Source: Azolla caroliniana
Taxonomy: Eukaryota > Plantae > Polypodiophyta
Assembly: GCA_043228905.1 (NCBI GenBank)
Contig: JBHGNT010000017.1
Coordinates: 14,074,001 to 14,138,000 of the forward strand
Reading direction: 5' to 3'
Length of the DNA stretch: 64,000 nt
The position numbers were made by a program, and so were the translations under genes. Positions 37,968 to 50,312 of this stretch are shown here, piece after piece. The notes under the pieces are model-generated. The model saw nothing but the letters and a program-made list of their open reading frames with translations, was not told the DNA's origin and made no database searches. The first letter of the stretch is position 1, and every line of letters starts with the position of its first letter.

Positions 37968-38560
37968 GGTCTTGACTTGACACCATGAAGAAAACTTGAC
38001 TTGACTGTTGACTTGATATTCGTATGGAGACCATTACTCCTCCCGCTACCTACAATTGGCAATGGGCGTGTGTGTCGGGAGATGTTTCTGGCTATAAATA
38101 GAGATTGTGCACGCCCAAAAGAGTTGTCACAACCATGATTGACTTGACTTGACTTGACTCCATGAAACCTCATTTGACCTGAGTTGACTTGACTTGACTT
38201 TTACATGGAGACTACTCGTGCCGCCCGCTGCCGCTACATTCGGCGATGGTTGCGTGTTACAAGCAATAAATAGAAACTGTCAAGACTGGACTTGACTTGA
38301 CTACGCCAAAACTTAGCTTAGCTTGACTTGGCTTCGGCATGCTTAACTTGGCTTGACTTGCCATGTTATTCCTACTGCTGCTGCTGCTGCTGTTTTGCCT
38401 CTACATTTGGAGATGGCGTGTGTGTGTGTGTCAAGTCGTGTGTTATCGCCCAAAGGAATTGTCCAAGTCTCAACTTGACTTGACTCCACTAAACTTGATT
38501 GACTTGACTTGACTCGATCCTCAGAGACTACTCCTGCTGCATTTAGCGATGGCGGCGGCG
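37968..38560. repeat. Degenerate tandem repeat of about 150-200 bp rich in (TTGAC)n, directly 3' of the remorin gene
   Basis: Four clusters of TTGAC pentamers, each followed by GAGACTACTC-like and ACATTTGGCGATGG-like motifs. Confidence 0.75.
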
Positions 38561-38564
38561 GAAG

Positions 38565-40032
38565 TCAATTGGAGGGCTTCTTGGTGAAGCAGACGTTGAT
38601 GAAGGCGGGGAGCTGCCGGTTCTGCCTGATTTGGTTGGCCCTCGCGCTCACCCGCGCCAGAATCTGCGCCCGCTGGCCCTGCGCTGCCGCCCGCATCTCC
38701 TCCGCCCGCTTCTCCGCCGCCCACAGCCGCCCAAGAATCTTCTCCCTCGACCCGAACCTCAGCTTCTCCAGCTTCACCTGCATCATCATAATCTGTCAGC
38801 AAAAAAAAAAAAAACAGCCTTCCTTTCTTTCCATGCCTTATAATCCGCCTGCTTACCTCCAGCTTCTTCAGCTCCGCCTCCGCCTCCGCTCGCTGCAGGC
38901 TCTCCCACGCTTCGATCTTCGCCTCCTCCCGCTTGAATCTTCTCTCGCAGTAAATCAAGAGACAGAGACACAAGATTAGGCTAAATTACTTACTGACGAT
39001 TGATTTCAGCAGGAGATGCTTAGCATCGGGGGTTGGGGGATTGATTATTGGCGTAAAAGGAGAGAGATTAGGCAGGCGCATACTTAGCGGTGTATTTGGC
39101 TCGCTCCACGTCCTCCCACGCCGCCGCGCGGGCCTCCACGAGGTCGAAAGCGGCGGCGCCGTAGTCATAATCATAGCGGAACTGAGGGAGGCGGCGGAAG
39201 TAATCGTCGTCGGCGACGTACGGATTGCTGGTGAGGTAGCAGCTGTCGCTGAATCCGGGGGGATGAGGCCAGGGGGTGATGAGCGAGTGATTGGCGGTGA
39301 TGAGGGTGGGTCGATCAGGGTTAGGCTGGAAGAGATGGTCGGTGCGGTGATGGGCGTCTGGGCAGGGGCGGCGATGGGCAGAGCCATCCATGGCGGCGGA
39401 GGCGGAGGCGGAGGCGGAGGAGGCGGCGGCGGCGGGCCATTTGTCGTATGTGATGGTGATGCGGCTGCTGCCGGCGTCTTCATGGGCGGCGGCGGCGGCG
39501 GCGGCGGCGGGGCGGGCGAGCGGCTGTTCGCGCGAGAGCTTGAGCTTGGCCAGGTGGCACTCGCGGAGCTCCACGAGTGGTGGGGGCGGCGCGTCTTCCG
39601 CTGTGCTGCTGCGGGCGGAAGCGGATCTCCTCCTGGTGGGGGTGTTGTGCCTGGGCGGGCTCGGCGCTTCCGCCGCCGCCGCCGCCATCGCCGGCGGCGG
39701 CGGCGGCGGAAATAGCTCTGCAGTGGCGGCGAAGCCTCCTGTGTCGGTGCCCACCTCCTTCATGGACCGCCGCTGTGGCTGCTGCTGCTGCTGCGCATGA
39801 GGCGAGCGAGGCGATGGATTAAGCAGCGCCTCCTTATCAGCTGCATACCAAACAGAAGATGAGGCAGGGGATATGATTTCTAATCAGATGGGGGCCAGCC
39901 CTAATCACACGCCAAGGAATCGGGCCCCTAATTACCCTCCTCCTAATCTGCAGCGTAATTAATGACGCAGACCATGATCGTTAATGCGTGCGTGCCACAG
40001 ACAGACAGCGACAGACAGTCAGAGAGCGACGC

Positions 40033-40064
<32 letters not shown>

Positions 40065-41287
40065 GAAGGTGTACGGTACCTAGCCATAGCTTTCTGGCTG
40101 CTGCGTGTACGGCCACCACGTCTGCGTCATTCCCCTTCGGGAAAGACATGGCGTAATGAGCCCCCGCGCTCATTAACTTCTGCGGCGAATGGGCCGTACA
40201 TCGCCCTGCGCCTGCGCCTGCGCCTGATGACGACGACGACGACGGCGGCGGCGATGGCGATGGCAGCTTCATTATCCATCGATCCGCGTCGTCCCATTTG
40301 GACGACATCGACAGCCGCCCACCACTGGCGGCGGCGGCGGCGGCGGCTTTACCTGATGCTTTCGTACCTCCGCCCGCCTTAATCGCGTGATTAGCTTGCT
40401 CCGCTGCATTAATCTCGTCGCTAATCGCTTGATTAGCTTGCCCCCCCTCGCCTCCTCCACCAGCCGCTTCCCCTGCATATGTTTTCATCCATCTTTGTTT
40501 AGCCTGCATTGATCCCTTAACCACTCTTTGAATCACTCCAAAGGTCTACTGATCACTACATTAGACCACTAATCATTCTCTTAATCACTTTTATTGGTCT
40601 ACTAATCACTCCACTTGTCCCTTGATTATGCCACTTGCCCCTTAATCACTCCACTTGTCCCTTGATTATGCCACTTGCCCCTTAATCACTCCCCTTCTCC
40701 CTTAATCACTCCACTGACGTTTTAATTACTCCATTGGCCTGCTAATCACTGTCTTAGTCACTCCGTTACCCCCCTTATAAACACTCCATTAATCTCTTAA
40801 CTCCTTCGGTAAAGAATTTACCTACTCGCTCACTTAATTAAACCATATCCGTTACTGATTCATTACTTACCTGCCAAAGTGTACGACTCGGCTAAACATT
40901 CTTCGATGTATGATTCTTGATCTGAGTGTTCACAAATCATCATCGAAAATTCATCAGCAAGCACCCCACACATGAACAAACAAAAAGCTTGGAAGAAATC
41001 TAATCTATACAGTTCACTGCTAGGATGTTAACAGGAGTTAATTATTAACGTTATGGTGATTAATTATTACCTCTAATGGCTAATTCTCGGTCAGATTGGT
41101 CGGTGCTCGCGGATTCAGAGCCGAAAATGGGGAGGACTTCCTTGTAATGATTCGGGTCTTGGGACCACAGTATGCTGGATTGCGAATGGTAATGATCAGA
41201 ATGGCTGTGATTAGATGGCTGGAAGAGCGAGCTGCTGCTGGATCCTGACGAAATCCTCGCCGCTAATGCCTCGAACTTGCCCTTCAT
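38565..41287 (-). CDS. Remorin (group 6-like), about 570 aa; exons 41287-41071, 40921-40871, 40472-40080, 39840-39084, 38938-38857, 38777-38565
   Basis: GT-AG introns with consistent phases; total 1713 nt; SKWDDADRWI and SMKEVGT motifs; Remorin_C coiled coil ARAAAWEDVERAKYTAKFKREEAKIEAWE...KLEVKLEK...AAEKRAEEMRAAA; C-terminal CF. Confidence 0.9.
40540..40800. repeat. Intronic 20-bp minisatellite (CTTAATCACTCCACTTGTCC-like)
   Basis: TAATCACT recurs at about 20-bp spacing, with an exact 40-bp dimer near 40602-40690. Confidence 0.75.
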
Positions 41288-41737
41288 TTCCAAAAAAAAA
41301 CAATCGAAGAAAACTGATTTAAGAAAGCGATTAAAGCTCATAATCGATTTGGTTTTTTTTTAACACAGATCTTGAACCGCAAGAAATCAGCTCCACTTCC
41401 GGGAGAGAGAGATTTTTCATGAAGATTTAGTGAAGCCAGACCTGCAGAGATTGGTAAGAATTGGGAGGGATTAGCGACGGGGTTTGATCCGCAGGCTCGT
41501 CACTATACTGAATAGGAGGAGGATGAGAGTCGACGCAATGGATATGGCGAATCAGAGAGGTAGAGACAGAAGAATTGGAAGGTTCCATGGAAAGAAAAAA
41601 TGTGAAGGATCTCAGGGTCTTAGAAGAAAAATGGGGAGGGTTTTAGAAGAAGGTAAATAAGGAATATATAAAGAGATGAAACGTTTCTCTTTTATGTCAT
41701 GGATCCATGGCGGATAGTTCTGCAGAAGAAGGAGGTC

Positions 41738-42030
41738 TTTCTTCTTCTTCTTCTTCTTCTTCTTCTTCTTCTTCTGCGTTTTCTTACTTCCCTCTGATCT
41801 AGCAGCAGTAACTAGCAGTAAATATTTCAGAGAAGTAATTTCCCACACCTTCTTTTATCTCTCCTGCCTTTCCCAATTTGGTAAATACAAAAGGCCAGAG
41901 AAACTACATAGCCCAACTGTCAACACACACACACACACACACACATACACATGTCACATACACACATACATACATACATATATACACATAAAAGCCCACA
42001 CACATACATGTTGATGTAACATACACACAC

Positions 42031-42063
<33 letters not shown>

Positions 42064-42070
42064 TGTATAT
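41738..42070. repeat. Microsatellites (CTT)n, (CA)n, (TATG)n upstream of the remorin CDS
   Basis: Seen directly. Confidence 0.85.
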
Positions 42071-42214
42071 GCTCGCTTGCTCGCTCCCGAGAACCTTGCG
42101 CACTCTTCTGGTCTCTAGGATTTGTTCGATGGTGAATTTTGTTCGTTTTTTTTTCTTCTCGTTTATTGGGTTCGAGGCGACGCATTACCCCTCCTCCCCA
42201 TGTCGTAGTGTGTG

Positions 42215-42790
42215 CATCGTGCACGACGCGATCTCCATCACCTTACCATCGAGACGTCACATCACGCTCGACACGATCTCCATTGCCTGACCATCGATGT
42301 GTCGGATCACAATCGACACGATCTCCATCGCCTGACCATTGAGACGTCACATCGCACTCGACGCGATCTCCATTGCTTGACCATCGAGAGATCACATTGA
42401 GTTGGACATGATCTCCATTGCTTGACCCTCGAGAGGTTGCATCGTGCTCAACACGATCTCCATCGCATGACCATCAAGACGTCAAATCGCACTCGATGCG
42501 ATCTCCATTGCTAGACCATCGAGAAGTTGCATCGCGCTCATCACGATCTCCATCTCTTGACCATCAAGACGATGCATTGCGCTCGATCCATTGCCCGACC
42601 TTCAAGATGTCGTATAATCCTCGACGCGATCTCCATCGCCCGGCCATCTACATGTCGCTCAATACAATCGCCCTCTCATAACCATCGAGATGTCACATCA
42701 TGTTCGACACAATCTCCATTCCCTAACCTTTACAATGTCGCAGTGCTCAACACAATCTTCATCTCCTCACCATCAAGATGTCGCGTGAAA
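42215..42790. repeat. 45-bp tandem array, about 12 degenerate copies
   Basis: CGATCTCCAT recurs at 42229, 42274, 42319, 42364, about 42408, 42454, 42499, 42544 and beyond. Confidence 0.9.
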
Positions 42791-42799
42791 TGACGACTT

Positions 42800-44665
42800 C
42801 CAAAGGCCAACAGAAAATGTTGGAGAGACAAAAAGGAAAGGAGCATAAGAGATGTGATCAGGCCCATAAGCCAGGGAGGGGTTGGCCTTAATAGATCCCT
42901 TGAGGCAATCTCGAGCTCTCTTGACAAAGTTTGTAGTTAGAGGATTGTTGCCAAGGACAGAGGTCTGGAAGGGTATGTTGCTTCATTAGTCGATGCAATT
43001 ATCTCCCAAGGCGAGAGGAAATTGGTTGCCTTCTTTGAAATGGATGTTCTTGACAAATGTGCAAACACCAAGACGGAATCTGACATCCAATAGAATTTCT
43101 CATGGGAATTGTCAAAGCATGGGATGCAATCAAGATTTTCTTACAGAAACAGATGCTTGACAATGGGATGGTTGGATGAATCAATCGCTTTTGGCTACTT
43201 CTCTCGTCCGGGATTTTGTTGGAAATGTATTAGGCCTGAGAACTTGTCCTGCCCTAGGGAAATTTTGATAATGGGTTAGCAGCATCAATGAGATTTTGGA
43301 TTCATTTTCAACATATATTCACAAGTGGATCAGTTTAAGTAGTTACACTTGGTATATGGGGTGAAGACAATGACAATGGATATTTCACCGGCTTTCTCGC
43401 AAGCCTCGGTGCAACTTCAGCCAATGTAGAAGCATATGTGGTTTGGTTGCCTGATGAATGACATGATGCTTTTTGTTAAAGGAATTTATACAAACGGATG
43501 TATTTTTTATTTCCATATTCAACAAGAACATAAATTGCAACCTTATACACCCTCAAATAAATTACTATGGAACCTACTCGTTGTTCCAGTTAGGGTGATT
43601 GTCAAATCTGGTAAGAAATGGCTAATGGATCCTCAACCTCGGTAGCTCATTTGTGGGATATGCTTTGGTTATATGCATGGCGACCAGTTAGTAGGCTTAT
43701 GTGGGACCCGAGGGGGATAGTTCTGGACCAATCTCATGATGGATTCATTGCAGAAAGTTCCATTCTTTCAATACACTGTGAAATTTGGCAAAACCTTACT
43801 CATGTCTACAAATATTCCATCTCTTGCAGCTCAAAAGCACTAGAATAAGTGGGGTGTTTCAAACATTTATCTGAAGGCTTTTACATTTATTTGGAATAAG
43901 TGGGATTTGGTCTTTTAGGGGACCAACCAAATATATTATCTTCAAATGGCTTTTACTACATGCAACACTACTAGTAGGTTAATCATTGAAAGGAGATGTA
44001 GCAACCGTTCTTAGACAGTGTTGTTATTGTAGTGACATGCAAGAAACCACCAAGCATGCTCTCTAGTCCTGCTCACTATCCCAACAGGTATGGAATAAAG
44101 TTCTTTCTTTATTCATGACAATTAATGCAAGTTGCCTCTTCTCTTAGGGATCAATGGTATGGGGGTTCTCCATTCTAGTCTCTTGTTACATGAGGTGAAT
44201 GATACTCCATAAGCTATGACAGTCATCAACAAGCATCTAATTTCTGTCTCCCCTTTTTAGTAACCTCGCAAGCAAATGCGTACAACCCATGTATGGAAAA
44301 CAATATCTAAGGTTACATTATGGATCTTATGGAAATATCGTTGTAAAATACAATACGATTCCATAATTCCTCTTCTCTCATATATATTACTGGAATTATG
44401 GGAGAGCTTATTGGTGGTAGTGCTTGGGAAATGTGACAATATGTTGGGCTCTTCGGAGGTTGTTCTTAAGACAAGGAAAAAATTACTGCGGTTATGGAGG
44501 AAGTTGCCTCTGTTCATGGCCTCCTGTTAAGGACCGATTTGGAAATATCATCACCCATGGTCCTTGCCTTGACCATCTCTTTTGTATATAACACTCTCTG
44601 ATTGTACATTTTGTAGCCTTCCGACGCTTTTCTTAATACTAATGAAGGAAATCTTTTGGACAAAA
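42800..44665 (+). mobile_element. Degenerate 5'-truncated L1-like LINE (post-RT / zf-RVT region)
   Basis: RPISQGGVGL-like motif near 42860; C-terminal HVWKTISKVTLWILWKYRC (ORF 44276-44530); A-rich end. Confidence 0.6.
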
Positions 44666-45449
44666 GGAGCAAAAGAAATGTGATATTGCGTCCGAATGTA
44701 GATCAAAACAGGAACAATATATGATCTTGCGTTCGAGTTGCAAATTGTCTAGTGTTGTTGCATGCTGCAAATTCATTTAAAAAGGTCAACACTACCAATA
44801 TACAAGTGGTCATAATAAAAGAAAAAGGCCCCTTGCTGCAATTACTTTAGCCTTATGGCTAATTGAATTATTAAAATTAGTAAGCTGAGTATGCAACAGC
44901 AATCCAAGGACTGGTTACAATCCCGTAGGTGTCTCTCGTTGAATGCCATGGTGTTAAGTCTAAATTATTTGATGAGTTGTGTCCAGAAAAGGACTGGTTA
45001 CAATCCCGTAGGTGTCTCTCGTTGAATGCCATGGTGCTGATACCCAAAGTGGTGAACCAGATGTTTGAAAAGTTTTGTCCTTAGAGACTTTAGCGCTACT
45101 TCAACGTGCCACTACATGATACGAAGATCTTATCAACGTCGGGTCAGGCATTTGATTCTATTATTACACAACCCATGCTATTGTTCCCCTCCATACTTAA
45201 TTAAAATCAAACAATTTAGACTTAACACCTAATAATTGAATTATTAGGTGTTAAGTCTAAATTGTTTGATTTTAATTCTAAATTATTAGGTGTTAAGTCT
45301 AAATTATTTTACGAGTTGTGTCCAGAAAAGGACTGGTTACAATCCCATAGGTGTCTCTCGTTGAATGCCATGGTGCTGATACCCAAAGTGGTGAACCAGA
45401 TGTTTGAAAAGTTTTGTCCTTAGAGACTTTAGCGCTACTTCAACGTGCC

Positions 45450-45904
45450 TATTAGAGATCTAGGTACTAAAGTAAGCTTAAGATAAGGATAAACTAATGA
45501 TAGATAGAAAGGAGAAAGAGAAAGAAGGGTGTCGATCCACCCGACCACCCCCGAGCGAAGGGATCGAGACGAACTCGAGCCTCGATCGGCGTCCCATTCC
45601 ACCACCATGGCGTCGAGTCGTACCTGGTGCTAGCGCGCTCGCTACAAGAGTTGATCGAACACAAGAGCAGAGTCTCGATGTAGTCAAAAGATCCTCAAAT
45701 GAGGGTAGCTAGGCCTCTTATTTATAGCGATACCCAAGGCCCCCAGGCAAGTTCACACTTGACCTAATGGGTTGTCTCAATCCCGAGGATTAAAAGTAAT
45801 CCTCCTCTTCTTTACACTCTCGTTTAACCCTCACACTTATCCACATGTATAGAATACTACGGTAAATTCTCACCACGGGATATTATATGGTCATGCCCGT
45901 AACA
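45450..45904 (-). repeat. 3' LTR of element F
   Basis: Matches 52009-52463 with about 8 substitutions by eye. Confidence 0.95.
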
Positions 45905-45924
45905 TACTCCCCCTCTTTAAAACA

Positions 45925-48900
45925 TTGCACTCTTGCAATGGAAAGTTAGGGAAGTTAGTTCTGAGAGTATTTTCGCATTCCCATGTGGCATCTTTTATTG
46001 ATTTATCCATCCATTTTATTTTAAATTCTCAGATTTCTTTAGTACGTAATTTTTTTGTTTTAATATCGAGAATTCTTTCTGGTACATGTGGTTTAGAAGA
46101 TAATTCTTCAGAAGTAACCAGAGTTTCAGTTGTAACTGTATTGTCGCTAGAACCTAGAAGTTCTTTTAGACGACTCACATGAAAGACTGGATGAATTCCA
46201 ACACCATCGGGAAGAGCGAGACGATAGGCTGATGACCCAATGCGTTTGAGGACTGTGAAAGGTCCACAAAACCGTGGGGCTAACTTAGCGCACTTACCCG
46301 TAGACAATGTCTTAGAATTGTGAGGTACACGTAAAAATACCTTCTGTCCAAGGTTGAATACACGAGGTTGCCTATGATGGTCGGCATAAAAACGCGCTCT
46401 ATCTTGAGCTGTTTTTATATTATCTCGTGCAATATGCAACATATCTTGCATATCCCGAAGAAAGTTTTGCGTACTTTGCAACTCATCATGATGTATATTA
46501 ACATCAATCGGGGCTCGTGGCTGAAAACCATACATCAACATAAAAGGACTATATCCCGTCGACGTATGCTTGGAGCTGTTATAAGCAAACTCCAAAATTG
46601 GGAGATAACGTTCCCATTTTGTTGGTTTTGCACTAACATATGCTCGAAGCATGTCCTCAATAATTTGATTTACTCGTTCTGTTTGTCCATCGGATTGAGG
46701 ATGATCCGTGGAGCTCATGCTCAACGTAGTTTCTAACTTCTTAAAGACTTGCGTCCAGAAGTCACTACTAAATTTTGGATCTCGATCACTCACGATATCC
46801 ATCGGTAACCCATAAAAACGAAATAATTCGTCAACGAATTGGTAAGCCAATTCAGGAGCTATTACCGTGGTTTTAGTAGCAATAAATCTGGCCATTTTAG
46901 TTAGTCTATCAACCACAACCCAGATGGCATCATGACCTTTTTGGGTGCGAGGAAGGCTAACAATAAAATCCATGGATATACTTTCCCACTTATTATTGGG
47001 AATGTCCAAGGGATGTAAAAGTCTTGCGGATTTAAGTCGCTCAGCTTTGTTAACCTGACACTGGTGACATTTAGTCACATAACTATGTATGTCAGGACGC
47101 ATCTTAGGCCAATAAAATTGAGTGGAGATGAGAACGAGTGTACGATGTATTCCAGGGTGCCCTGCTGAGGGTGCATCATGGAATTAAAAAAGAATCCTCT
47201 TTTTGACCTCGGGTAAAGCTGGAACACAAACCTTCCCATTACGGTAGAGCAGTCCGTTAGAAATGTGGAAGTATTCCTTCGAGGATGTGGTGGTGTCTGT
47301 TCCAGACTCAACTCTTGCCCAATATTTTGCGAAATAACTGACATCAGGATACTTTTCTCGAAGGTGATCATAAAGATCTGATGATATTTCAGTGAAGCTA
47401 AGCATGTTAACTTCACGGATGCAACTTAGTGCATCAGCGACAGTATTCATGGAACCTTTACGATATCGTATGGAAAAATCAAAGTCCTGGATGAGATCTG
47501 CCCATTGTGCCTTATGACCTTTCAGGTCTTGTTGGTCACAAAAATATTTCAAGGACTCGTGGTCCGTAGTTACCACAAAGCGATTTCCATAAAGATAATG
47601 GCGCCATGTTTTGAGCGCATGTATAACTGCAAATAATTCCTTTTCTTGAACGGTATACCGACATTGAGCATAATCAAGTTTCTTACTCTCATATGCTATT
47701 AGTTTACCATCTTGATATAAGACAACACCTATAGCATAATCACTTGCATCGGTTTCAACCTCAAAAGGTTTTGAAGGATTAGGTAAAAGAAGTGAAGGAG
47801 CCTTGCAAACCAGGTCCTTGAGTTCCTTAAAGGCGAGGTCTAGTGTAGCATTCCACACAATAGGTTTTGTAGACTTACGCGTTTGACCTTTTAAAAGATT
47901 AGTAAACGACGTCGTCAATTGGGAGTAATTACGAAGAAACTTTCACAAAAACCCGACAAAACCAAGGAATGATCGAACTTCTCAAATATTCCGAAGAGTG
48001 GGCCAAAGCTTGATTTTCTCAATGCGAGAAGGATCAATTTCAACTCCTCGTTCGGTTATGAGATGTCCTAAATTAGTAATTGATTTCTTGAAGAACTCAC
48101 ATTTTGAGATCTTCGCATAAAACTGTTTGTCACGCAATGTTTGTAAAACAAAGCGGACATGTCTAGCATGTTCTTGTAATGTACAGCTATAAACTAAAAT
48201 ATTATCCAAGAAAATAACGACAAATTTTCCAAGTTGTTCTCGGAAAATGTCATTCATTTCTTGTTGAAAAGTAGCCGGAGCAATGGTCAAACCAAAAGGC
48301 ATAACCAAAAACTCGTAATGGCCATAGTGCATACGAAATGCCGTTTTAGGAACATCGTCCTCACTTATTCATATTTGATGGTAGCCAGTACGGAGATCAA
48401 GTTTCGTAAAATACCGAGCTCCCTAGAGACGGTCAATTAGATCATCAACCCGGGGCAATGGGTACGAATTCTTGATCGTCACTTTATTCAAGTGTCAGTA
48501 ATTAATACACATACGCCATATGCCCTCTTTCTTTTTAACCAAGAGAACTGGCGCACCCCATGGAGATTTACTATAACGTATATAACCCATTCGTAAATAG
48601 TCCTTGAGTTGCTTAGATACCTCATCTTCTTCGGATCGACTTAAGCGATATGGAGGTATACTTATTGGTGCAACACCAGGTATAATATCTATACGATGGT
48701 CTATATTATGTTTAGGAGGTAACCCATCAGGTAGTTCACTTGGAAAAACATCATGAAAATCATTTAAGATTTCATCAAGTTGTTGTTCAAAATATGTTAA
48801 TTGAACCGAGACATTATCGATATTATAAACGTGAATGTCCGAATCAAGTACACAATAAAATAGAGTAGAACAAGACAACTCAGATATTGATGGACACGAG

Positions 48901-50312
48901 GAAACAATCGAGAGGGATTGTTTTTTTACACATTGAATAAAATGAGTACAATCGTTTAGTACAAATGTAATTGAATGATGAACCCAATCAATAGATAAAG
49001 AAGAGTTTTTATTATACAACCAGGGATAACCCAGTATTACATCGGTGGTACAAAGATTCATTACATGGAAGTCTACTTCCTCTATATAAGTATCAATAGA
49101 AATTCCTTATGAATGAATCACCCTGTTGATGTATTGTACTCTTCCATCAGCCAAGTGCACCGTGTAGGTGTGATCACTTACAGTGGGTTGGATTCCCCAT
49201 ATCTGAACCAAACGATCATTCACAAAATTGTGTGAGTTTCCCGAATCAAATAAAAATTGTACGGGAGATCCATTGATATACCCGTTTGCACATAGTAAAT
49301 CATTGGGACCCAATACATAGTGAGGGAAAGAACATTGACAATTACTTAAATGATGTGTATAGACCTGAAAGACCTTAGGAATCTGACCTTTATGGTCTGC
49401 AACTTTAGCTTTGTTGTCGTGCTCTTTCTGTTGGAGCTTTCGACATTGATCTTTTGTATGACCCTTCTTTTTGCAAAATACGCAAAAAGGATGTTGTCGC
49501 TTACAATCGCGATCCATGAATTCGTTGGGTGTCTAGCGTTTCCCAACGAATTGCGACTGCTTAGTCCCGGGCGCTTCGTTGGGTTTGTTGGGGTCCTTCT
49601 TCGAAGTGTGTTGATAGCGAAGAACTATTTCAACGGCCTCTTCGGGATCCTTATCGTGCACTATCCAGTGATAGTCCGAATTGGGGATGCCATTGACAAA
49701 ACAAGCTATCAACCAATTGTCCCCTTCTAGACCCGACTTTTGGATTTGGGTTCTAGCATGGTGAACATAGTCTTCTAGCGAGGAAATTTTCCTGCTAGAG
49801 AGGTTCATTAAAGCTTGTGTTGCCTCGGTTCGAGAGGGAGGTTGCAGAAATTGGCCCTTAAAAATTGTGACAAAATCTGTCGAGGTATCGGGCAATTTCC
49901 CCATAGTACGGAGCCCACGCCACCAGGCGGTGGCCTTACCCCCGAGTTCTCGGCCGACATATGCAATCTTCGTACTATCTAGCGTGGGATAGAGCTCAAA
50001 ATGAGACTCCCATCGTCCCAACCATGTGCAGATTGCTTCTTCGGTTCTTTCCTTTTTGTCTGTCGTAAATGGCTTAACGACAAATGATGGTTCACCTTGT
50101 CGCTCATCAGGTCTATTAGTCTCACGTTGTAGACTAATGACACGTGCCTCAAGAGCACTTTGAGATTGCCGAAGTTTGGTCATCTGTTGAGCGGTGAAAC
50201 TAAGGTATTGGGTTATTTGTGCCAAATACATCTCAGTGGACATTTGTCCAGGAGGATTCCCTTGAGTTCCTTCCGCTTGAGCGGATGACATCGGGTCGTT
50301 AATTTGAGCCAT
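45925..50312 (-). pseudogene. gag-pol of element F (stops and frameshifts) ending in a chromodomain
   Basis: CVFCKKKGHTKDQC, FLFDSG, GHYEFLVMPFGL, ETDASDYAIG, SMDFIVSLP, APRFCGPF, PERILD...KW...ATWE. Confidence 0.92.

Noticed and set aside
37676-38173. 165-aa minus-strand ORF downstream of remorin
   Set aside because: Overlaps the TTGAC repeat, has no recognisable motif and no splice support.
39041-39822. Gly/Ala/Arg-rich plus-strand ORFs
   Set aside because: Antisense shadows of the GC-rich remorin exon.
42215-42790. CRISPR-like array
   Set aside because: The whole 45-bp unit is repeated with no unique spacers; eukaryotic context with no cas genes.
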